Assembly (NCBI GenBank): GCA_977020255.1
Contig: CDROCS010003840.1
Coordinates: 62,001-126,000 of the forward strand
DNA: 64,000 bases
Direction of reading: 5' to 3'
Origin: Obrimoposthia wandeli
Lineage: Eukaryota
Positions 9,908 to 19,484 of this stretch are shown here, in pieces (positions within the stretch are counted from its first letter, which is position 1; each line of letters begins with the position of its first letter). The notes below the pieces were generated by a model. It saw only the letters and a program-made list of their open reading frames with translations, did no database searches and was not told the origin of the DNA. A program made the position numbers and the translations under genes.

Positions 9908-10561
9908 ATGAGTCGATATTGTGGACAGTGTAAAAAGGCTAAAAAAGCCTGTATTTGTCACTGGGTTCAGGTCATTGATGCTAAAACTGAATTATGGATA
10001 TTACAACATCCATCTGAAATTAATCGAGCGATTGGCACAGCGCGAATACTTACTTTGTCATTGCCGAACGCACATCTATGGGTGGGTGAAGATTTTTCTG
10101 AACACGATGAAATAAATGCCTTACTCAGCGATAAAAATAGAGAAGTGTGGATAGTCTATCCTGGGGATGGCTCAATCCCTATCTCTCAACTCGTTACGTC
10201 TTCGTTACCGATGCACTCTGATACAGTGGAAGAGGGTTCGGCGAATAAGATCCGAACATTCATCTTATTAGATGGGACGTGGAAAAAAGCGTTTAAGATG
10301 TGGCAGCTATCAAGTAATTTACAGCAATTGCCCACCGTTAATCTTGATAATGCCGACAATGGTAATTATCGAATTCGTAAATCATCGAAAGATCAGGGAG
10401 TTTCAACAGTAGAGGCGGGTTATTTAGCGTTAATTGTACTTGAAGAACACCCTGAAAAGTTTCAACCATTATTAGATACCTTCAATAAGATGATTGATTT
10501 TCAGATTCAGCAGATGCCTGAAGGGGTTTATCAGAAAAATTATGGCGGCTCTAGCAACTAG
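9908..10561 (+). CDS. DTW-domain protein (tRNA-uridine aminocarboxypropyltransferase family)
   Basis: CxxC...CxC N-terminus, ILQHPSE, LLDGTWKKA (DTW motif), STVEA. Confidence 0.9.
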   Translation: MSRYCGQCKKAKKACICHWVQVIDAKTELWILQHPSEINRAIGTARILTLSLPNAHLWVGEDFSEHDEINALLSDKNREVWIVYPGDGSIPISQLVTSSLPMHSDTVEEGSANKIRTFILLDGTWKKAFKMWQLSSNLQQLPTVNLDNADNGNYRIRKSSKDQGVSTVEAGYLALIVLEEHPEKFQPLLDTFNKMIDFQIQQMPEGVYQKNYGGSSN

Positions 10562-10582
10562 CGCGCTGTATTCTGTTCCTCG

Positions 10583-10620
10583 GTTATCTCAAGCTGCTGA
10601 AACAAACATCTTGAGATAAC
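10583..10620. terminator. Hairpin between convergent DTW and dGTPase genes
   Basis: GTTATCTCAAG-16 nt-CTTGAGATAAC, perfect 11-bp stem; no clear U tract. Confidence 0.55.
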
Positions 10621-10640
10621 GACAACCTTACCTTTAACGT

Positions 10641-12008
10641 CTATAAACCATGCCCTTCATTGCCAATCGCGATTGCAGATGTGGGTTGAAAAAGGGTGCT
10701 ATACAATCGTTGAGCAAATCCATCGGTCATTCCTGAAATGTAGTCAGCAATTATACGATGTGAATTTTCATTTTGCTCAACGGCGTTTAACCAACGATCT
10801 CGGGTATTTTCTGGCAGTAAGCGTTCAGGGTCTGATGCAAAGGCGTCGAACAGTTCCATCACCAACTGTTGCCCTTTGTATTCAGATAATTGAATTTCAG
10901 GCTTTTGCACCACATAAACGCTGACGAACAGCTTTAACACATCGAGTGCACGTTCCATTGGTTCGGTTAGAAAAGCGTTCCATTTCAGTAATGGCTCTTC
11001 AAAACAATGAATACCATCTTGAATCGTTGGACCAATATGAATGGATGTAAGCAGGGCATTTACCATTGCGCCAATCGCATCTTTGCGTTGGTAATGGGTG
11101 CCGAACAAATTTTCACTCAATTGCGTAATGCGTTCTTCTAACCAAGTATCCCCGCATTCTGCCAGCTTACTGGCAACAGTATTTTGCCATTGTTCACGGT
11201 TTACAATCCCCATCACGATGGCATCTTCTAAATCATGCACACCATAAGCGATATCGTCTGCCAGCTCCATGATAGAGCAATCAAGTGACTTGAAGCGGGT
11301 TTTCTGGTGTTCTAATGGCGATGTTCGTGCACCGCGCATCTGCTTAAACAATGCTTTGTCGTGATCAGACAAGGCTTCAAGCACCCATTGGAATGCCTTA
11401 TTATCATCACTATAAATCCCTTTTGCAGGGTGCCAGTCTTTGGCTTTAAGATGGCGAAAATTAGTGACGTCGTTAGGGCGCTCTGTTGCTTGAGTCTCGT
11501 GAATATAAGCTGGGTATTTAAGTAACCCCAGCAGACTGCGTCTAGCGAGGTTCATTCCGTGGTATTCGGTATAGGGTTCTAGCAAGGTAACAATACGAAA
11601 TGTTTGAGCATTACCTTCAAAGCCGCCGTGATCGCGCATCATGTAATTTAAAGCGACCTCTCCACCATGGCCAAAGGGAGGATGGCCAATGTCATGAGCA
11701 AGGCAGATACTTTCCATTAAGCTACTGGAAGGCAGTAAATCACGAAAGTCGGGTTGTTTGATTTTTAATTGAGCAACAATGCCCGTGCCGATCTGCGAGG
11801 CTTCTAAAGAATGCGTGAGCCGGGTGCGATAGAAGTCATGATTACCCGCACCGTGTACTTGTGTTTTTGCTTGTAGGCGTCGAAAAGCGGCTGAATGCAG
11901 AATACGGGCGCGATCTCGTTGATACACAGAGCGATGATCGTCGCGGCGCATTTTTTGTTCGTTACTTTTTCGTTGTTCCCAATCAGGTGATAGAACAAAA
12001 GTAGTCAT
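10641..12008 (-). CDS. dgt: HD-domain dGTP triphosphohydrolase family protein
   Basis: [60 protein letters not shown]. Confidence 0.93.
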   Translation of the reverse strand: MTTFVLSPDWEQRKSNEQKMRRDDHRSVYQRDRARILHSAAFRRLQAKTQVHGAGNHDFYRTRLTHSLEASQIGTGIVAQLKIKQPDFRDLLPSSSLMESICLAHDIGHPPFGHGGEVALNYMMRDHGGFEGNAQTFRIVTLLEPYTEYHGMNLARRSLLGLLKYPAYIHETQATERPNDVTNFRHLKAKDWHPAKGIYSDDNKAFQWVLEALSDHDKALFKQMRGARTSPLEHQKTRFKSLDCSIMELADDIAYGVHDLEDAIVMGIVNREQWQNTVASKLAECGDTWLEERITQLSENLFGTHYQRKDAIGAMVNALLTSIHIGPTIQDGIHCFEEPLLKWNAFLTEPMERALDVLKLFVSVYVVQKPEIQLSEYKGQQLVMELFDAFASDPERLLPENTRDRWLNAVEQNENSHRIIADYISGMTDGFAQRLYSTLFQPTSAIAIGNEGHGL

Positions 12009-12592
12009 TAACTGATGTCATCCAGTGTTAAATTAAAACTCTCTACAAACGTGTTAAGGAAATATTCCATTTCAGGTGTAGAACGTGTTTGTAAGGTTTT
12101 TTCTAAGCGCTTTTTTGCTTGGGTGAATTCGTGATTACCGGCATTGAGCTCTTCAAGACATTTCAGGTAAGCACATAATGAATCAGCTTGTTTTACTATC
12201 ACATAGTCATCTTTATTGATGCAATGGCTATCAAGCAGTGGTGCGTAATCTTCCTGAAATTCTTCTGGTAACATCGATAACAATTTTTGCTCTGCTGCCA
12301 ATTCAATTTTTTTGTATTCCTCTGCAATCGCAGGGTTGTAATACTTAATTGGAGTGGGCATATCTCCAGTCAACACCTCGCTGGTATCGTGAAACATACC
12401 TAAAAGTGCAATGCGCTCTGGATTGGTATTACCATCAAATTTTTTATTTTTTATCAGTGCGAGAGCGTGAGCAACAAAAGCAACTTGAAGGCTATGTTCT
12501 GAAATGTTTTCAGTTGATACACAGCGCATTAGTGGCCAACGCTGAATGAGGTTCATGCGTGCTAGGTGCGCGAAGAAATGACTTTTTTCCAT
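12008..12592 (-). CDS. yfbR: 5'-deoxynucleotidase (HD domain)
   Basis: [49 protein letters not shown]; stop overlaps the dGTPase ATG (TAATG). Confidence 0.95.
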   Translation of the reverse strand: MEKSHFFAHLARMNLIQRWPLMRCVSTENISEHSLQVAFVAHALALIKNKKFDGNTNPERIALLGMFHDTSEVLTGDMPTPIKYYNPAIAEEYKKIELAAEQKLLSMLPEEFQEDYAPLLDSHCINKDDYVIVKQADSLCAYLKCLEELNAGNHEFTQAKKRLEKTLQTRSTPEMEYFLNTFVESFNLTLDDIS

Positions 12593-12745
12593 ATCGGGTG
12601 CTCCTATTTCAAAAAAGAAAGGCCGATGACATTAAAGACGTATTTATTAAAGGTAACAGAAAACACCTAAAAGCAGGTAAACATTCCTACACATATTTTC
12701 CTTGAATTAAACCCTGAGATCATATTAAATACGTAATAAAGGTAA

Positions 12746-14038
12746 CTAAAAGAGGCCCCAGTTATAATCTAAAATGATGTTGATGCCGCGGGACGTTAAA
12801 CGTGGTCTATTAACGTTCTTTGGCGATTGACGATAGCTGTGCAAGAAGCGCTCTAGGCGACCAATCGCCATTTCTAAATCATCGACACGGGGTAAGGTCA
12901 CAATACGGAAATGATCCGGTTTTACCCAATTAAAGCCCGTACCATGCACGATAAGCACTTTTTCTTGTCGTAAGAAATCCAGTGCCATGCGTTGATCATC
13001 AACGATGTTGAATTTTTTCTGATCTAACTTAGGGAATAGATACAGCGCCCCTTTGGGCTTCACACAAGAAACGCCAGGGATTTGAGTGATCAAGTCGTAG
13101 GCTTTGTCACGCTGCTCTAATAAACGGCCACCCGGTAAGATAAGCTCATTAATACTCTGATACCCACCAAGCGCCGTTTGAATGGCATGCTGCATGGGTA
13201 CGTTGGCACACAGACGCATAGACGACAGCATCTCTAACCCTTCAATATAACCTTTAGCTTCATGCTTAGGACCAGATAGCACCATCCAACCTGCGCGGAA
13301 ACCACACACGCGGTATGATTTCGAAAGGCCATTAAATGTGATACAGAAAACGTCTGGTGCGAGTGGTGCGATAGAGGTGTGTTGAGCACCTTCATATAAA
13401 ATTTTGTCGTAGATTTCATCTGCAAAAATGATCAATTTATGCTTACGTGCAATCTCGATCACTTCGAGTAAGAAATCACGGCTATAAACGGCACCCGTTG
13501 GGTTATTCGGATTGATTAACACGATTCCGCGGGTATTGGAGGTGATTTTCTTTTTAATATCATCAAGGTCTGGGTACCAATCTGATTCTTCATCACAAAT
13601 ATAATGTACTGGGTTACCGCCAGACAAAGAAACCGCTGCTGTCCATAATGGATAGTCAGGAGAGGGAACTAAGATTTCATCATTGTTGTCTAGTAAGGCT
13701 TGCATCGCCATGACGATTAATTCAGATACACCATTACCGATATAAACATCTTCAACATCAAGATCGAGTAAACCGCGTTTTTGGTAATGTTGCACAATGG
13801 CTTTGCGTGCAGGATAAATGCCTTTTGAATCACAATAGCCTTGAGATGTCGGTAAGTTACGGATCACATCTACCAGAATTTCGTCAGGGGCATCGAAACC
13901 AAATGGAGCGGGATTACCAATATTAAGCTTTAAAATTTTATGGCCTTCTTCTTCCATGCGCTTGGCATGCTTCAGAACGGGACCACGTATGTCATAGCAG
14001 ACATTATTAAGCTTGGAGGACATCCCGATGTTATGCAT
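12746..14038 (-). CDS. alaA: Glutamate-pyruvate (alanine) aminotransferase AlaA/YfbQ with a 26-aa C-terminal extension
   Basis: SSKLNNVCYDIRGPV, INPNNPTG, ADEIYDK, PLP Lys in NGLSKSYR; recognisable homology ends at residue 404 (HSYRQ). Confidence 0.94.
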   Translation of the reverse strand: MHNIGMSSKLNNVCYDIRGPVLKHAKRMEEEGHKILKLNIGNPAPFGFDAPDEILVDVIRNLPTSQGYCDSKGIYPARKAIVQHYQKRGLLDLDVEDVYIGNGVSELIVMAMQALLDNNDEILVPSPDYPLWTAAVSLSGGNPVHYICDEESDWYPDLDDIKKKITSNTRGIVLINPNNPTGAVYSRDFLLEVIEIARKHKLIIFADEIYDKILYEGAQHTSIAPLAPDVFCITFNGLSKSYRVCGFRAGWMVLSGPKHEAKGYIEGLEMLSSMRLCANVPMQHAIQTALGGYQSINELILPGGRLLEQRDKAYDLITQIPGVSCVKPKGALYLFPKLDQKKFNIVDDQRMALDFLRQEKVLIVHGTGFNWVKPDHFRIVTLPRVDDLEMAIGRLERFLHSYRQSPKNVNRPRLTSRGINIILDYNWGLF

Positions 14039-14638
14039 TATTGTTTTCCTGCGAATTATGTTCTTATAGTGCCAAAATACACTATAAAACAGTATAAAAG
14101 GAATACCCGACAGGTAAAAATAAGCTTAAACAATATTTTGTACAATATAACTCTGTTCAAAGAAGTGTGATCAACTGCTTTATGCTTTGCCTTTTAGATA
14201 GAAACACCATTTAAAGCAATAAAGTAAAAACTCCAACCTGTGCGTTTTGGTGATTTACCATATTTCTTACTGAAAAATCATCATTTTAAATTAATATACT
14301 GTTGGAAGTAGCAATTACTGCAGAGCTTATTTCCCTTTGCCTTATCAAAACAGCGGTTGAGATCTATTTTTTATTATATTGAAGCAAAGTATGGTCGCAA
14401 AAAAAAGCTGTCTGAGAAGGTGTACATTTTGTAAGGATATAATGCTTAATAAGCGCTCGATATTTATATTGAGTAGTTACATCAATAGTCAGCGCGTGAT
14501 TAGTGGGGTAGAATACCGATCATTATGAGGTTATATATTTAACTATCATAAGGGTAGGATTGTGTGCTCAATGATAGGCACATTTTACAATCAGCCAGGG
14601 ATGACCGTTATGGTGTAATAGAGCTGAGTGAGGTTACC

Positions 14639-15976
14639 TTGACCGCATTACAAACTGCAGTTGATCTTTTAATTCAGAAAATTCAACAATCTTCAGATAC
14701 AACCCAACGATTAATGGTATCGCTGGATTTACCAGCCAATACTGATCTAATTGATTGGATGGACTCCCAACCTCTATTTCCCAAATTTTATTGGCAATCT
14801 CGAGATAGCCGTGAAGAGGTTGTAGCATTAGGACAAGTCAAAACATTCACCGACCCTATGGTGGCTGAGAAAGTGCTTGCTGATGATCAGCGTATTTGGG
14901 GAGGGCGTTCATTTGATGGACGGACTAACCGCAACCGTCGTTGCCTTTCTTCTTTTTTCTTTTTACCTCAACTTGAAGTTATCCGGATGGATGGTGATTG
15001 GCAGCTTGCTGTTAATTTGTCGACGGATAAAGAAAAGATGGTAGAAACATTAAATAAAATTACATCAACGGCAACTGAAGTAACAGAGATCAATAGTCAT
15101 ATTATTGCTCGAACACATGCCCCAGACTATTCGGGCTGGTCATCAATGATCGCTCAGGCATTAGATTCTATTTCGAATAAAGTGTTTGAGAAAGTAGTAC
15201 TCGCACGTCGTACAACCCTGACCTTAGATACACCTGTTGCTCCTGCGCAATTATTAAAGGCGAGCCGTAAAAGTAACAACAATAGCTTTCACTTTATGAT
15301 GGCGCTTGATGCTAAGCATTGTTTTGTCGGTTCAACGCCCGAGCGATTATTTCATCGTCATGATCGTGATTTAAAAACGGAAGCCTTGGCGGGAACAATT
15401 GGACGAGGTTTCGATGCCTCTGAAGATCACCGTTTAGCGAATTGGCTAATGGCTGATAATAAAAACGGCTACGAAAACCGTTTAGTGGTTGATGATATTG
15501 TGAATCGCTTAACGCCTTGTTGTGAGTCAATGAACGTAGCGCAAACACCAGAATTGATTCGTTTACGTAAAGTGCAGCATTTAAAGCGTGGCATTGATGC
15601 TCAGCTTCATGAGCAAGTATACAGCGCTGATTTACTTGATAACCTTCAACCTACTGCCGCCATTGCAGGTTTACCTCGAGATAAAGCATTAGCATTTATT
15701 AGTGAACATGAACCGTTTGCGCGTGGTTGGTATAGCGGTGCTGTCGGCTTTCTAAGCCGTCAACGTAGCGAGTTCTGTGTGGCAATTCGCAGTGCGTTAA
15801 TGATGGGTGATGAAGTACATTTGTTTGCAGGGGCTGGCATTGTGCCCGGTTCGACAGCAGACAGTGAGTGGAAAGAGTTGGATCGAAAAACAGCAACGTT
15901 ATGCAGTTTATTAGAATCAGATAGGCCTGATGAACGATCTAATGATAGGTCTGAGCTGGAGCGAAAAATAGCATGA
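14639..15976 (+). CDS. menF: Menaquinone-specific isochorismate synthase
   Basis: KFYWQSR, KVVLAR, GSTPERL, EALAGT, RGWYSGAVG, AGAGIV; TTG start at 14639 with GAGG SD (start uncertain). Confidence 0.93.
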   Translation: MTALQTAVDLLIQKIQQSSDTTQRLMVSLDLPANTDLIDWMDSQPLFPKFYWQSRDSREEVVALGQVKTFTDPMVAEKVLADDQRIWGGRSFDGRTNRNRRCLSSFFFLPQLEVIRMDGDWQLAVNLSTDKEKMVETLNKITSTATEVTEINSHIIARTHAPDYSGWSSMIAQALDSISNKVFEKVVLARRTTLTLDTPVAPAQLLKASRKSNNNSFHFMMALDAKHCFVGSTPERLFHRHDRDLKTEALAGTIGRGFDASEDHRLANWLMADNKNGYENRLVVDDIVNRLTPCCESMNVAQTPELIRLRKVQHLKRGIDAQLHEQVYSADLLDNLQPTAAIAGLPRDKALAFISEHEPFARGWYSGAVGFLSRQRSEFCVAIRSALMMGDEVHLFAGAGIVPGSTADSEWKELDRKTATLCSLLESDRPDERSNDRSELERKIA

Positions 15977-17703
15977 CGATAGGAACTACGGCCTCTCAGG
16001 TCAATTATCGTGCAGCATTAAATACGCTTTGGGCGAGTTTAATGCTGGAAGAGCTAGTGCGAATGGGAGTGAAACATGTTTGTATCGCCCCTGGATCTCG
16101 TTCAACGCCGTTGACGTTAGCTGCCGTCGCCAATAATAAGCTTACTATTCACACGCATTTTGATGAGCGTGGCTTAGGTTTTCTTGCGCTTGGTATTGCG
16201 AAAGCGTCGCAAGAACCTGTTGCTGTCGTTGTCACATCAGGTACGGCGGTTGCCAATTTATTGCCTGCCGTGGCAGAAGCCGGTCTTACTGGTGAAAAGT
16301 TGGTATTGCTAACGTCAGATAGACCGGTTGACTTGATTCAATGCGGGGCTAATCAGGCCATTGTTCAGAATGGTATTTTTTCACAGCATGTGACTGCTTT
16401 TCATGATATTCCCTCTCCGACGCTGGATATTTCCCCCGCTTGGCTATTGTCGACCATCGATGAAGCCATGCAACAGCAACTGCGGCAAGGTCGCGCGGTG
16501 CACTTCAATTGTCATTACCCTGAACCGCTATATGGGGATGATGTCGATTTTTCTGATTATCTTGCCCCAGTTTCTGAGTGGCAAGGTGATGAATTACCCT
16601 ATGTATCACACCATCAAGCTTTTACTCCTCAAATCGCAATAGATAAACAGCAATGGCAATCATTAACCCAACGTAAAGGGGTCGTGATTGTAGGGCGTTT
16701 AGCACCAGAAGCACTGGGTCAAGTCACTTTGTTAGCAGAAAAACTGGGGTGGCCATTATTGCTGGATCCACAAGCTGGTGGCACTAGTGGATGGGCTGGG
16801 TTTGATATTTGGCTGCAAAATGCCGATTGTCAGGTATTTCTTCAGCAAGCGGATACGGTTATTCAGTTTGGTGCTCGTATTGTTTCTAAACGTTTATTGC
16901 AGTTTATTGCGACGAGTAATATTGAACATTATTGGTTGATTGATCCCCTTGCGGGGCGTTTAGATTCAACCCATCGTCGTAGTTCGCGCATTCAAGCCCC
17001 AATTGATGAGTGGGCAACGTGTGCGTTGCACCTTACTGAAAACAGTGTGCATGCTGGTTGGGCTATGCCTTTACAAGTCGCCTCTGAACGTTATTTTGAG
17101 CTGCTGGGCGAGTATTCAGAACAACTGACCGAGTTATCTTTAGCGGCAAATTTAGGGGCATGGTTACCTGATAAAACCGAATTGTTTTTGGGGAATAGCT
17201 TAATAATCCGTTTATTGGATATGGTGGGTAAATTACCCTCAACGGCGACATTCGCCAATCGTGGGGCGTCAGGCATTGATGGTTTGATAGCGACCATCGC
17301 TGGCGTTAATAAAGCCAGACAAGCGCCAATGCTTGGGTTATTGGGTGATACATCACTGCTATACGATCTTAATTCATTAGCATTACTGCGTGATGTGTCT
17401 CAACCCGTTGTGATCATCGTAACGAATAATGATGGTGGTGGCATTTTCGATTTATTGCCGGTGCCAGAACTTCAACGTGATGCGCTCTATCGTATGCCGC
17501 ATGGGCTTGAATTTAGCCACGCAGCGGCAATGTTTGGTTTGGCTTATCACTGCCCAGAATCATTGCCTCAAGCCGAAGAACAATGCCTGTACGCATTAAC
17601 CCAGCCACAAACTACGATCATTGAAATTAAAACCCCGGCAGGTGAAGCGGGTGAAATGATAAAAGCGTTATTTGGGAAGGTTAAAAATGCGGCTTTACTC
17701 TGA
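15973..17703 (+). CDS. menD: SEPHCHC synthase
   Basis: CIAPGSRSTPL, HFDERGLGF, TSGTAVANL, NRGASGIDG, ThDP motif GDTSLLYD...NNDGGGIF. Confidence 0.96.
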   Translation: MTIGTTASQVNYRAALNTLWASLMLEELVRMGVKHVCIAPGSRSTPLTLAAVANNKLTIHTHFDERGLGFLALGIAKASQEPVAVVVTSGTAVANLLPAVAEAGLTGEKLVLLTSDRPVDLIQCGANQAIVQNGIFSQHVTAFHDIPSPTLDISPAWLLSTIDEAMQQQLRQGRAVHFNCHYPEPLYGDDVDFSDYLAPVSEWQGDELPYVSHHQAFTPQIAIDKQQWQSLTQRKGVVIVGRLAPEALGQVTLLAEKLGWPLLLDPQAGGTSGWAGFDIWLQNADCQVFLQQADTVIQFGARIVSKRLLQFIATSNIEHYWLIDPLAGRLDSTHRRSSRIQAPIDEWATCALHLTENSVHAGWAMPLQVASERYFELLGEYSEQLTELSLAANLGAWLPDKTELFLGNSLIIRLLDMVGKLPSTATFANRGASGIDGLIATIAGVNKARQAPMLGLLGDTSLLYDLNSLALLRDVSQPVVIIVTNNDGGGIFDLLPVPELQRDALYRMPHGLEFSHAAAMFGLAYHCPESLPQAEEQCLYALTQPQTTIIEIKTPAGEAGEMIKALFGKVKNAALL

Positions 17704-18484
17704 AAGTTTTGGTGTATTGAGCAATGAGTCACAGCCCACATTAGTGTTTCTACATGGTTTATTAGGGTCGGGACAAGATTGGCGTCATGTGGTGAATACA
17801 TTATCGTCAGGGCACCCTTGTATTACGATCGATTTACCTGGGCACGGTAAAAGCCAGATGGTGCAAGCCATCGACTTTGCTCACGTTAATCAGCTTATTC
17901 TTCAAACCTTGTTTCATCGTAATATTCAACAGTATGTGTTGATTGGCTACTCAATGGGCGCACGATTAGCGATGTATCATGCGGCATCCATGCATTCTAA
18001 TAAAAAAACACCACAATTAATGGGTGTTGTTATAGAAGGTGGGCATTTTGGGTTGCCACAAGTAGAATGTGCGGCAAGGTTTGCAAATGATCAAAAGTGG
18101 GCGCAGCGTTTTACATATGAGCCACTTAGCCTCGTTTTATCTGACTGGTATCAACAAGCGGTATTTTCGTCACTGAATCATGACCAAAGACAAAGCTTAG
18201 TACTGAAACGCAGTGGTAATCTTGCCTCTGGTGTTGCACGTATGCTGCTGGCTACATCATTAGCGAAGCAACCACAATTATTACAAACGATGGAAGCATT
18301 AATTTTGCCGACCATTTATGTGTGTGGCGAGCGAGACAAAAAATTTAAACGTCTGGTCGAAGACACCCAGTTACAGTATCAGGTGATCGCATCGGCGGGG
18401 CATAATGTGCATGTTGAACAACCTTATGCATTCAGCATGGCAATCAATAATTTTGTAAAACAGATTGGAATTAATCATGGCTAA
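17687..18484 (+). CDS. menH: SHCHC synthase
   Basis: LVFLHGLLGSG, IDLPGHG, nucleophile GYSMGAR, AGHNVH. Confidence 0.93.
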   Translation: MRLYSESFGVLSNESQPTLVFLHGLLGSGQDWRHVVNTLSSGHPCITIDLPGHGKSQMVQAIDFAHVNQLILQTLFHRNIQQYVLIGYSMGARLAMYHAASMHSNKKTPQLMGVVIEGGHFGLPQVECAARFANDQKWAQRFTYEPLSLVLSDWYQQAVFSSLNHDQRQSLVLKRSGNLASGVARMLLATSLAKQPQLLQTMEALILPTIYVCGERDKKFKRLVEDTQLQYQVIASAGHNVHVEQPYAFSMAINNFVKQIGINHG

Positions 18485-19484
18485 AACTGCAGTTCTGACA
18501 GAAGAAGATATGCGTAGCGCGAAATTATATCAATACCAACTGCCTATGGATTCAGGTGTTATTCTTCGCACTCAACGCCTAGCAACACGTGAAGGTTGGA
18601 TCGTTGAATTACGTGATGGCGATAAAGTCGGTTTCGGTGAGATTGCACCTTTACCTGAGTTTAGTCATGAAACTGTCGAGCAAGCAGGCGAGCAAGCAAA
18701 ACAGTTACTTGAAAGTTGGATTCAAGGTGAAACGATTGACTTAGCACAAGCGCTGCCGTCGGTTGCGTTTGGTTTGAGCATGGCAATGTTAGAGCTAGCT
18801 TCAAGGTTGCCAGCGGAAGGGAATTATTCAGTCGCGCCGTTATGCTCTGGCGATCCTGATGATTTGATCATTCGCTTGAATGAAATGTCAGGCGAGAAAG
18901 TCGCAAAAATTAAAGTCGGTATGTATGAAGCGGTGCGTGATGGCATCGTGGTAAACATGTTTATTGAAGTGATTCCTGAAGTACGTTTACGCTTAGATGC
19001 GAACCGTAAGTGGACGCCGATTAAAGCCCAACAGTTTGCGAAATATGTAAAACCTGAACACCGTGCTGGTATCGCGTTCTTAGAAGAACCTTGCAAGACA
19101 CCAGAAGACAGCTTAGCTTTTTCTAAAGAAACAGGAATCAACATCGCATGGGATGAAACCGTGCGTGATGAAGGTTTTGAAGTAAAAGCTGAACCTGGCG
19201 TGGTTGCTATTATCATCAAACCAACGTTAGTGGGCTCTGTGCAGCGTTGTATGGATTTAATTAAGCAAGCGCATGCGATAGGGCTTACGGCTGTTATTAG
19301 CTCTAGTATGGAGTCTAGCCTTGGCTTAAACCAGCTAGCGCGCTTTGCTGAATGGCAAACACCTGGCGTTATTCCTGGTTTAGACACAATGCAATTATTT
19401 AAGGCGCAACTTGAAACATCGTGGCCTGATTGTGATTTACCGAAAACAGCATTGTCTGATTTAGAGGTGGTATGGCAGAAGTAA
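18477..19484 (+). CDS. menC: o-succinylbenzoate synthase, with an 11-aa N-terminal leader resembling the MenB N-terminus
   Basis: MRSAKLYQYQLPMDSGVILR from 18510, KIKVG, LRLDANRKW, FLEEP, WDE, KPT; preceded in frame by MAKTAVLTEED. Confidence 0.94.
   Translation: MAKTAVLTEEDMRSAKLYQYQLPMDSGVILRTQRLATREGWIVELRDGDKVGFGEIAPLPEFSHETVEQAGEQAKQLLESWIQGETIDLAQALPSVAFGLSMAMLELASRLPAEGNYSVAPLCSGDPDDLIIRLNEMSGEKVAKIKVGMYEAVRDGIVVNMFIEVIPEVRLRLDANRKWTPIKAQQFAKYVKPEHRAGIAFLEEPCKTPEDSLAFSKETGINIAWDETVRDEGFEVKAEPGVVAIIIKPTLVGSVQRCMDLIKQAHAIGLTAVISSSMESSLGLNQLARFAEWQTPGVIPGLDTMQLFKAQLETSWPDCDLPKTALSDLEVVWQK

Noticed and set aside
9899-9961. N-terminal extension of the rhombosortase ORF to 9961
   Set aside because: It would overlap the DTW gene head-to-head; the TTG at 9898 has a proper GAGG SD and homology starts there.
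10641-12592. Defence island around the dGTPase
   Set aside because: Flanks are housekeeping genes (DTW, alaA, men operon); no integrase, transposase or other defence genes.
14391-14528. 45-codon ORF with CxxC (MVAKKSCLRRCTFC...) upstream of menF
   Set aside because: No SD, AT-rich promoter region, no recognisable family; likely chance.
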